From assembly GCF_003010495.1 (NCBI RefSeq), contig NZ_CP027570.1, forward strand, positions 2,340,001 to 2,372,000: a stretch of 32,000 nt of DNA, read 5' to 3'. Shown here one piece after another: positions 17,894 through 24,443 of the stretch. A model generated the notes under the pieces. It was not told the DNA's origin. It saw only the letters and a list, made by a program, of their open reading frames with translations, and did not search any database. The first letter of the stretch is position 1, and each line of letters begins with the position of its first letter. Source of the stretch: Megasphaera elsdenii DSM 20460. GTDB lineage: Bacteria; Bacillota; Negativicutes; Veillonellales; Megasphaeraceae. The translations under genes were made by a program, and so were the position numbers.

Positions 17894-17982
17894 ACCTCTC
17901 CGGCCCTTCGGGCCACCTCCCCTATCAAGGGAGGCAATGGCTCCCATCATAGGGGAGCTGTCAGCGAAGCTGACTGAGAGGT
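17894..17982. repeat. 89-nt compound palindromic element between the two small genes
   Basis: Outer stem ACCTCTC/GAGAGGT. Hairpins GGCCC-ttc-GGGCC and GTCAGC-gaa-GCTGAC. Four central segments can pair two ways: CCTCCC/GGGAGG plus GCTCCC/GGGAGC, or CTCCCCTAT/ATAGGGGAG plus GGGAG/CTCCC. Confidence 0.8.
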
Positions 17983-17992
17983 TTACGCGCTC

Positions 17993-18211
17993 TTACGCTG
18001 TGATTTCGTTTTCGACGATTTCGTGGATGCCCGTGATGGGATCTTCGTACAGCGTACCGATGGCGTTGACGGCCGTGATGACGTTGGCCGGTTCGACACC
18101 AGTGACGAGGTTACGCATCTGTACGGATTTTTCGCACAGATTATCATTTTCGTCGTTGTAGCTGATGACCAGCTTTAACTTGCCGGAAATCGCTTTGCGT
18201 TCTGCTGCCAT
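17993..18211 (-). CDS. Small DUF1659-like protein (72 aa)
   Basis: MAAERKAISGKLKLVISYNDENDNLCEKSVQMRNLVTGVEPANVITAVNAIGTLYEDPITGIHEIVENEITA, with AAGGAGG upstream of the ATG. It is the conserved partner of DUF2922-like genes. The family call is from memory. Confidence 0.65.
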   Translation of the reverse strand: MAAERKAISGKLKLVISYNDENDNLCEKSVQMRNLVTGVEPANVITAVNAIGTLYEDPITGIHEIVENEITA

Positions 18212-18244
18212 AGTTCATTCCTCCTTTCTTTTTTGTATGTGAAG

Positions 18245-18699
18245 AGCCTTCATAGCTCGTGATTCAAGTTTGGAGCCTGGCGCCCCCGCCGTTCGCAGGC
18301 CGCATTCGCCAAACCATGTCACATGGTCCAGATAGATAATGACCAACTGTTCGCAGCGGGCCGCCCTGACCGGGTCGGCCCCTACGCATACAGCCGTTGG
18401 CCATGTTTTTTTACGGTCCGCAGGACAGCGGCGACCTGCGGCCGGCCACCTGCGAACTGCGTTCATTTATTCATCGCCTGCATGCGATACCGTAGGGGAC
18501 GTCCTGGACAAGGCGTCCCTCGTGAATCCTGTGCATATCCGGAATTTATGACGAATGGCTCGTAAAAGCCTGCCATTATACCTGGATAGGCTGTGGTCGA
18601 ATCTCTCTAGCGGGCTTCCCACGCGGAAGCCCCTACGAACAAGGCCACAGGCCGTGTATTTTTTACGATCCGCAGGACCGCGGCGGCCTGCCTTCTCTT
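18245..18699. repeat. Mosaic GC-rich intergenic repeat, locus B
   Basis: Runs from the amidase stop almost to the DUF1659-like gene's ribosome-binding site. It holds two copies of the CCCCTAC..hairpin..T-run..CCGCAGGAC.GCGGCG.CCTGC module, one GGGGACG..CGTCCC/CGTGAATCCTGTGCA module, and one CGTAAA..GCCATTATAC..GGCTGTG module. Confidence 0.8.
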
Positions 18700-19239
18700 T
18701 TATGCCGCCTGGGCGCCCTGCATCTGGTGCGGGTACTGTATGATGCCTGTCGCGATGGCCCGGGCCGCTTCGTCGCGGTGGGCGTCGTAGCGGCGCCAGT
18801 CGAAGTCGTTATCGATGAAGCAGACTTCGACGAGGACGGCAGGCATGACCGTATTTCGCAGGACAAAGAGTCCTGGCCGTTCTTTGAGTCCCCGGTTGGG
18901 CAGGTTGAGGACAGCTTTTAAATTGGTCTGGATACAATGCCCCAGCATGAGGCTGCCGGTGGACCCGGAAATCAAGGTTTCCGTGCCGCTGGCCCTACCG
19001 TTATAGGCGTTGAAGTGAATGGATACAAAGAGATCACATTCTGCCTGGTTGGCTTGGTCACAGATATGATAGAGGTCATCGTCCTGACCAAAGACGACGG
19101 CTATTCCATTTCGTTCTAAATATTGCTGGACGCCCAGGGCTAATTCATAGGCTGCATCACATTCACGCAGATTCAGGCGGCGATTGACGGCGCCCGGATC
19201 AAGTTGCCGGTCGTGCCCGGCATTGAGATATACTTTCAT
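18700..19239 (-). CDS. N-acetylmuramoyl-L-alanine amidase (Amidase_3 catalytic domain only)
   Basis: 179 aa with YLNAGHDRQLDPGA, LFVSIHFNA, and GLKERPGLFVLRNTVMPAVLVEVCFIDN. No cell-wall-binding domain and no signal peptide. Confidence 0.85.
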   Translation of the reverse strand: MKVYLNAGHDRQLDPGAVNRRLNLRECDAAYELALGVQQYLERNGIAVVFGQDDDLYHICDQANQAECDLFVSIHFNAYNGRASGTETLISGSTGSLMLGHCIQTNLKAVLNLPNRGLKERPGLFVLRNTVMPAVLVEVCFIDNDFDWRRYDAHRDEAARAIATGIIQYPHQMQGAQAA

Positions 19240-19270
19240 AGCACTCCTTTCGATAAATATGGCTTTCCCC

Positions 19271-19474
19271 TTACTGCTTCATATGGACGCTGGCGGTCGT
19301 TCCTCCGATGGCGATACCCTGCATAGGCCTGTGTTTTACGGCCGGACAGGGGCAGTGCCCGCGTCCGCATTCTGGATAGGGCCTAATCGGCAGCAATACA
19401 GCACTGGCTCTCTGCAAGATGAAAATGAGCTTCCTTTTGTCAAGGTTCCTCAAAAATCTTAATATCCGGTTCAT
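19271..19474 (-). CDS. Hypothetical small protein (67 aa); weakly supported
   Basis: The ATG has AAGGAG 7 nt upstream and lies 16 nt after the preceding stop. The sequence has no recognisable motif and is not hydrophobic, so it is not a holin. Confidence 0.3.
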   Translation of the reverse strand: MNRILRFLRNLDKRKLIFILQRASAVLLPIRPYPECGRGHCPCPAVKHRPMQGIAIGGTTASVHMKQ

Positions 19475-19490
19475 TCTCGTCTCCTTTCTC

Positions 19491-20033
19491 TCATTGAATT
19501 TTAGACATATACAGCGTGATGACGCCGTTTTTGTTAAGCTTCATATAGGTCATATAGCCGTCTTTCCGTTCCAAATCTTTCTGCCTGTCGGTCATGCAGT
19601 TAGAGATTTCCAAGCGGTTCCGTTCGATGACAGGCAGACTGATTTCCGGGAAAAAACTGCGGGCGAAGCGGATGAGTTCTTTAGATAAGTTCAGCCCTTC
19701 GATGGGACGCCCTTCCAGTAACGCCTGCCGCGTATCTTTCAGCCGATTGATGTGGCGCTGGGGTACGGTTTGCGCCGGTCCGGGCCGGAAGACTTGAGGA
19801 CGGCGGTTCTCGCGGACGATGGCGTACCATTCTTCCATGACTTCGGCAATGGACGGCTCGAACTTACATCGTTTTAACAAGCGATGCAAAAGAGATTCCG
19901 CTTCCTGAGCCGTCATCGTTTCGGGCAGCATTTCTTCGAGCATCTTCAGCTTGTAGTCGTTGCAATTTCTCTCTCCGGGCTTCATGTAACACCGCATCAA
20001 GGTGTTCGTAACATTCTCTCTGTTTACGTTCAT
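19491..20033 (-). CDS. Putative phage helicase loader (SPP1 G39P-like N-terminal region)
   Basis: 180 aa, with GAAGGAGG 6 nt upstream of the ATG. MLEEML...AESLLHRLLKRCKFEPSIAEVMEEW resembles the G39P-family FPPSIAEI region, recalled from memory. It sits directly after a replisome-organizer gene. Confidence 0.4.
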   Translation of the reverse strand: MNVNRENVTNTLMRCYMKPGERNCNDYKLKMLEEMLPETMTAQEAESLLHRLLKRCKFEPSIAEVMEEWYAIVRENRRPQVFRPGPAQTVPQRHINRLKDTRQALLEGRPIEGLNLSKELIRFARSFFPEISLPVIERNRLEISNCMTDRQKDLERKDGYMTYMKLNKNGVITLYMSKIQ

Positions 20034-20736
20034 AAGCGTCCTCCTTCTTCATAGGATGGCCGTTGCTGTTCTTCAAGATAGCCTGTATATACTTGATGTT
20101 GTTGACCCCATTTTCATGGGCCAGTTCGATAGCGATACACGTTGCTTCACTGCCCCATGCAGTTTCCAAATCGACCAGCTGCCGGGCAAAATCCCCCTGC
20201 ATAGGCCCGAAAAGGGTCTGGTATTTTTGGACTGACGCATAATCCCGCATGGCTTTCGGCGTCGTCACGGGCTCACCTTCATAAACATTTTGTTCTATCA
20301 CGGGTGAAGCGGCTTCTGTATCCATCGCTTTATCTGACGGCTGAGCCAGCCGCTGCCTCTCACGGTAACGGCGGACCCGTTCTTTTGTCTGCTCCCGCTT
20401 CCTCTCGTCACGCTGGAAGTCCTGCAGTTCATTCCAGATAGCAATGCGGATCATGCCGTTTCCGTCACGTTCGATGAGCTCCAGTTTTTCTAACAAAGCT
20501 AATCCTTTTTCGATAAACGGCCGGCGACGGTGCAGGCACTTGGCAATGAGCTGCGTCGTCATGGCTTCCTGGCCCGATACGTAGACAAGGCCGTTGTCGT
20601 TAACCGTTCCGGCCATGTCCTTCAGGAAAAACCATAACACGATATACGAATCGCCGTTCGCTTGATTCATCAGACATAAAATGCGGGGGTCCGAAAACAG
20701 TCCCGTCCTGGTTTTAAGCCATTGCAGCTTCTTCAT
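19864..20736 (-). CDS. Phage replisome organizer / DnaD-domain replication initiation protein
   Basis: N-terminus MKKLQWLKTRTGLFSDPRI...YIVLWFFL resembles the replisome-organizer N-domain, followed by a basic linker. The C-terminal region is DnaD-like (FARQLVDLETAWGSEATCIAIELAHENGVNNIKYIQAILKN). I trimmed the start to ATG 20736. The 3' tail overlaps the next gene by 170 nt. Confidence 0.7.
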   Translation of the reverse strand: MKKLQWLKTRTGLFSDPRILCLMNQANGDSYIVLWFFLKDMAGTVNDNGLVYVSGQEAMTTQLIAKCLHRRRPFIEKGLALLEKLELIERDGNGMIRIAIWNELQDFQRDERKREQTKERVRRYRERQRLAQPSDKAMDTEAASPVIEQNVYEGEPVTTPKAMRDYASVQKYQTLFGPMQGDFARQLVDLETAWGSEATCIAIELAHENGVNNIKYIQAILKNSNGHPMKKEDAYERKQRECYEHLDAVLHEARREKLQRLQAEDARRNAARNDDGSGSGISFASLVKTM

Positions 20737-20829
20737 TGCAAGCACCTCGTTTCCGTTTAGCCCTTCCGGCCTTCTATCTATATAAGAGAAAAAATCCACA
20801 CGCTGCGGACATTCTCCCTATGTTTTTTA

Positions 20830-20867
20830 GTCTCCTCTCCTTTCCCTTTCTCTTCTTCTCTTTTCTT
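20830..20867. repeat. 38-nt pure polypyrimidine (plus) / polypurine (minus) tract
   Basis: TCTCCTCTCCTTTCCCTTTCTCTTCTTCTCTTTTCTTT has no purine. It lies about 95 nt upstream of the replisome-organizer start. Confidence 0.9.
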
Positions 20868-20902
20868 TATAGGTAACGCGTTACAGCGGTACGGGAAGCA
20901 GC

Positions 20903-20939
20903 AAAAAAAGCGGCTGTCGTATAAAGACAACCGCTTTTT
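20903..20939. terminator. Orphan bidirectional terminator-like hairpin
   Basis: AAAAAAGCGGCTGTC-gtataaa-GACAACCGCTTTTTT, with one mismatch in the stem. Confidence 0.5.
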
Positions 20940-21073
20940 TGAGTTTGAAGTTGAAAGTTTGATGTTTATGCCGCTCTCATTATGCGGCCGGCGAATCACT
21001 TCCCATTCATCGCCTGTCTGCGATTGGTCCTATGTCAAGATTTCGGACAAATTAAATTGAGGTTTTTCGTTTC

Positions 21074-21988
21074 TTAGATTCCCAGACGCATATTATGTTT
21101 CTGGAAATCAGCATACAGCTTTTCATAGTCATCCGGTGACATGTAGTTGCAATGGCTATGAATGCGTACGGTGTTGTAAAAGGTATTGATGTATTCAAAC
21201 ACCAACAAGTACGCTTGCTGATAATTTTGAATCTTGAAGCGATTGAGCCATTCCCGTTTAATCAGGGAGTGGAAGGATTCGATGCAGGCATTGTCCCATG
21301 GATAGCCTTTCTTCGAATAGCTGCGGCGCATTTGGGATGTCTCCCGAATATATGCCTGCGAAACATACTGGCAGCCACGGTCCGAATGGATAACCAACAG
21401 CTGTCCGGGTTTCCGGCATTGTTTGGCTTCCTGCAGCATCTTGACGATGCCGGCGACGTCCAGATTACGGGCCAGATTCCAGGCGATGATTTTCCTGGAG
21501 AACAAATCCATAATGCTTTCCAAATAGACGAAACCTTCAGCTGTCCAGATATAGGTGATGTCGCTGCACCATACTTGATCCGGTTCTTCAGGATTGAAGC
21601 ATTCCTGAAGGATATTCACCAGCGCCACGTCAAAGTCACTGTTACGGGTCGTTACGGTGTAATGCTTTACCCAGCAGGCCTGAATGCCCATTTGCCGCAT
21701 GTATACGCCAACTGTGCGTTCAGAGATACTGTCCCCGTTCTGCTGCATAACTTGGGCAATCTTCGGGGCTCCGTAAATCTGCTTGGAATCGTCGTAGATA
21801 GTTTGAATCTTTTTCTTCATCTCCTTGCGGTGCTGGGCCTGTTTCGATGGTTTGCGCGCCGCCCAGTCATAATATCCTGAAGAAGAAACGTCGAGTTCAG
21901 AAAGCACTCCGGACACCGAAAAACGACGTTCTGCCTGATGGGCATTTTCGGCTTCTTCCTGGACACTGCGATAGATGGCAATGGTCAT
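21074..21988 (-). CDS. IS3-family transposase OrfB (DDE/rve integrase core)
   Basis: 304 aa with WCSDITYI, HSDRGCQY, and NACIESFHSLIKRE (DDE triad context). It is in the -1 frame relative to orfA and overlaps it at ATGA. Confidence 0.9.
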   Translation of the reverse strand: MTIAIYRSVQEEAENAHQAERRFSVSGVLSELDVSSSGYYDWAARKPSKQAQHRKEMKKKIQTIYDDSKQIYGAPKIAQVMQQNGDSISERTVGVYMRQMGIQACWVKHYTVTTRNSDFDVALVNILQECFNPEEPDQVWCSDITYIWTAEGFVYLESIMDLFSRKIIAWNLARNLDVAGIVKMLQEAKQCRKPGQLLVIHSDRGCQYVSQAYIRETSQMRRSYSKKGYPWDNACIESFHSLIKREWLNRFKIQNYQQAYLLVFEYINTFYNTVRIHSHCNYMSPDDYEKLYADFQKHNMRLGI

Positions 21989-22266
21989 TTGTCCAGAATG
22001 CTGATAGCTTTTTTTAGGACATTCAACGCATCCTTCGCATCCCGCAGTTCACGCTGCAGACGGGCGATTTCCTTAGCTTCATCCGAAGCATAGTTGCCGG
22101 AACCACGATAAGGCATTTCGCCATTGTCCTTCAGCTGCTTTTGCCAACGGGACAAGGTTTGTGGAGCAATACCTAGATTCGTAGCACAGCCAACCAAGCC
22201 GAGTTCCCGATGTTCATGATAATATTTAACTGCGTTGATTTTGAATTCTTTGTTGAATTTTGCCAT
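21985..22266 (-). CDS. IS3-family transposase OrfA (helix-turn-helix plus leucine zipper)
   Basis: 93 aa: MAKFNKEFKINAVKYY...LGIAPQTLSRWQKQ...LQRELRDAKDALNVLKKA. A slippery A7-G run lies at 22009-22015. The orfB frame has no stop from the slippery site to the orfB ATG at 21988. Confidence 0.9.
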   Translation of the reverse strand: MAKFNKEFKINAVKYYHEHRELGLVGCATNLGIAPQTLSRWQKQLKDNGEMPYRGSGNYASDEAKEIARLQRELRDAKDALNVLKKAISILDK

Positions 22267-22346
22267 ACTGAGGCCTCCTTAGTTAATCCTATTGTACCAC
22301 CATTAGGAACCTCAGTTTGACTTGTCCTATTTATATGCTAACACCA

Positions 22347-22640
22347 GATACCGCAGGGGACGACCCGGAGGATATTCCGGAGGGCGTCCCGCTACGCGCC
22401 GAGGGTATCCCGAAGCGTCGTTGTCAATTTGAGTCTGTCGCGGCAAAGCCGCATCTGAGTCGTAAAAAAAGCAGTGGCTCGTTGTTCGTGATTCGTGGTT
22501 CGTAAAAACTTGCCATTATACTCGAATGGGCTGTGATGGAATCTCCCTAACGGGCTCGCCACGTGCGAGCCCCTACAGATACGGCCGATGACCGTGAAAT
22601 TTTTGGGTCCGCAGGACCATAGCGAACTGCCATCTGCACT
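22347..22640. repeat. Mosaic GC-rich intergenic repeat, locus C (its left 30 bp lie at 20995-21024, across the IS)
   Basis: Contains GGGGACG..CGTCCC, an inverted copy of the CATCGCCTCG/GACTCAAATGCCGC module, and a full CGTAAA..GCCATTATACTCGAATGGGCTGTG..GGGCTCGC-loop-GCGAGCCC..hairpin..T-run module. Confidence 0.8.
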
Positions 22641-22691
22641 TGCGTTTAGTTTATTTCATGAGTTTATCGCGGCGGAGCCGCTTCTGAATCC

Positions 22692-22738
22692 AAAAAAGGG
22701 ACTTTGCATGACAGCCTATGCTTTCACGCAACAGTCCC
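22692..22738 (-). terminator. Long imperfect hairpin terminator after the Rpn-like remnant
   Basis: Minus strand reads GGGACTGTTGCGTGAAAGCATAGGCTGTCATGCAAAGTCCC followed by TTTTTTGG. Confidence 0.6.
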
Positions 22739-22749
22739 TTTTCTATCGG

Positions 22750-23371
22750 CTAAATGCCGTATTCCTTAAAAAGTTTTTCACGAAAACTGGCATCAGCAGC
22801 CGCTTTGTTCGCATCGTCGTAACGCTGTTCTCCCAACAGTCGTTGCATTAACATGGACCAGCGTTCATCAGCGATGGCTTGACCTTCTTCGCGCCCCTTA
22901 GCTTCTCCCTCTTTACGGCCCTTTGCTTCGCCTTCTTTACGCCCCTCAGCCTTACCATCCTCAAAAGCATCGCGATGATCCGAGTTATAGTCTAGGATGG
23001 CTAGTTCGCGGTTGATGTAGGCCAGGCGTTCGGCATCGTTTTGCAAGAAGGTCCGGGCCGCATCTACGGCTTTATGGATGGCTTCATCGCTCATAATCAA
23101 TTCCCCCATTTCGTCATCACTGAGCTGATTGGCAAAGTAAGCCAGCCAGCGTTCCATTTTTGTCATGTCACTGATTCGCTTTGAGGAAATCAATGGTAAT
23201 GAGTTTTCGTTCCGGCCGTCCGAAGATGAACTTGAACAAGACATCATTCATGGGATTGAAGTTCTTTTCCGTCAGCTCGGGAAAATAAGTACGATAGCGG
23301 ATTTCATTGGCAGTCAGTTGTTCTTTCAACAGATTCACCCTTCCTTTCTTTATTATATCATGAAGAACCAC
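22750..23371 (-). pseudogene. Decayed Rpn-family (PD-(D/E)xK, TIGR01784-like) recombination-promoting nuclease / putative transposase
   Basis: The N-terminal ORF (NPMNDVLFKFIFGRPERKLITIDFL) stops after 67 aa. The next frame resumes with the family's C-terminal part (ERWLAYFANQL...AIHKAVDAARTFLQNDAERLAYINRELAILD...). The central nuclease core is absent. The family call is from memory. Confidence 0.55.
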
Positions 23372-23496
23372 GAAAAGGATATATCCTTGATAGTTCCATG
23401 ATACAACAGAAAAAGAATGGTTCTGGAAAACTTAATCGTCCTTTAATCGAATTTCCGAATATTTAAGGAAACGTTAATGTAAATTGAGGCCTAGCG

Positions 23497-23786
23497 GCAC
23501 ACCGTTCGCTGGCCGCAGGTCGCAGGTCTCCTCGGACTCAAATGCCGCTGCGCGGCGACAAATTCTGATTAACAACATCGCCTCGAGTGACCCTCGGCTC
23601 GTGGAAAAAATCGTGACTCGTGGTTCGTAAAGGCCTGCTATTATACTCGAATGGGCTGTGATAGAATCTCCCTAACGGGCTCGCCACATGCGAGCCCCTA
23701 CGCATACGGCCCACGGGCCGTTTTTTTTGCGATCCGAAGGACCGCGGCGACCTGCGGCCGGCCGTCTGCGAACTGCGTTCATTTTA
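23497..23786. repeat. Mosaic GC-rich intergenic repeat, locus D
   Basis: Abuts the comFC stop codon. It contains the CATCGCCTCG module, the CGTAAA..CTATTATACTCGAATGGGCTGTG module with GGGCTCGC-cacat-GCGAGCCC and ACGGCC-cacg-GGCCGT plus T8, and the CCGAAGGACCGCGGCGACCTGCGG..CTGCGAACTGCGTTCATTT module. Confidence 0.8.
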
Positions 23787-24431
23787 CGGTGCGCCGCTGG
23801 CGATGACGAGTCCTGTCACGCTGGTAGCGCCTTTTTTTGTCAGCGCCTGTGCACAGGCTTCTAAGGTCGCGCCGGTCGTGAAGATGTCGTCGACGAGGAG
23901 GATGTGTTTTCCCTGGACGGGGACGGTCTCTTTGACGGCAAAGGCGTCGTGGACATTCTCCTTCCGCTCGTCCCGGCAGAGCTGCCACTGGACTTTCGTC
24001 GGCCGCAGGCGCTGCAGGGCGTCGCACCAATCCCAGCGGACCGAAGCCCAGTCGCGAAAGAGGGCTTCGGCCTGGTTAAAACCGCGGCGCTGCAATTTTT
24101 CCGGTGCCAGCGGGACGGGTACGACCCGGTCGATGCGGTCGAACCGTTCCGGCCAGGGAAAGCGGTCGAGCAATACCCTGCAGGCCCGGCACTTCCCTTG
24201 TTTGCCGTTATATTTGATGTCGTGCAGGATGTGGCGCATGGCGCCGCGGTAATCGGCCAGGCAGTAACAAGCGGCGAGGTGCCTCACTGCCGCCGGCTTG
24301 TTGATGCGCCGGGGATGCCAGACAGCGGCCAGGCAGGACGGGCACCAGTCGCCGTCGCGGGCTACCAGGGCCCCGCAGGCCGGACACCGCGGCGGGTATA
24401 AGAGATTGAAAAGGTGTGTAATCAGGGACAT
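23784..24431 (-). CDS. comFC: ComF family protein (ComFC-type phosphoribosyltransferase with N-terminal zinc finger)
   Basis: 215 aa with CPACG...CPSC cysteine pairs and PRTase motif ILLVDDIFTTGATL. GGGAGGGAAGG lies upstream of the ATG. Confidence 0.88.
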   Translation of the reverse strand: MSLITHLFNLLYPPRCPACGALVARDGDWCPSCLAAVWHPRRINKPAAVRHLAACYCLADYRGAMRHILHDIKYNGKQGKCRACRVLLDRFPWPERFDRIDRVVPVPLAPEKLQRRGFNQAEALFRDWASVRWDWCDALQRLRPTKVQWQLCRDERKENVHDAFAVKETVPVQGKHILLVDDIFTTGATLEACAQALTKKGATSVTGLVIASGAP

Positions 24432-24443
24432 AGCCTTCCCTCC

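Larger units (their letters stand above)
21025..22346 (-). mobile_element. IS3-family insertion sequence (1322 bp) with 3-bp target-site duplication
   Basis: Imperfect terminal inverted repeats read TGGTCC...GGACAAATTAAATTGAGG and CCTCAGTTTGACTTGTCC...AACACCA. The ends are therefore 5'-TGGT and ACCA-3'. GAT flanks both ends (21022-21024 and 22347-22349). orfA and orfB are in a -1 arrangement. Confidence 0.85.

Noticed and set aside
18215-18866. Overlapping Arg/Pro/Ala-rich ORFs on both strands between the amidase and the DUF1659-like gene
   Set aside because: They lie inside the mosaic GC-rich repeat, lack ribosome-binding sites, and change frame between repeat copies. They are artefacts of repeat composition.
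19184-19462. 92-aa plus-strand ORF overlapping the amidase start
   Set aside because: It is antisense to the amidase N-terminus and to the small minus-strand ORF. It has no ribosome-binding site, and all supported genes in this block run on the minus strand.
20778-20999. 73-aa minus-strand ORF rich in Lys, Glu and Arg
   Set aside because: It is the translation of the 38-nt polypurine tract and the flanking terminator hairpin. It has no ribosome-binding site and no start context.
9353-23786. Calling the whole tRNA-to-comFC interval a single integrative element or prophage
   Set aside because: The window has no integrase or recombinase gene. I found no direct repeat of the tRNA-Arg 3' end at the far boundary. 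The content is a patchwork of independent units with their own promoters and terminators. I describe it only as an accessory patchwork.
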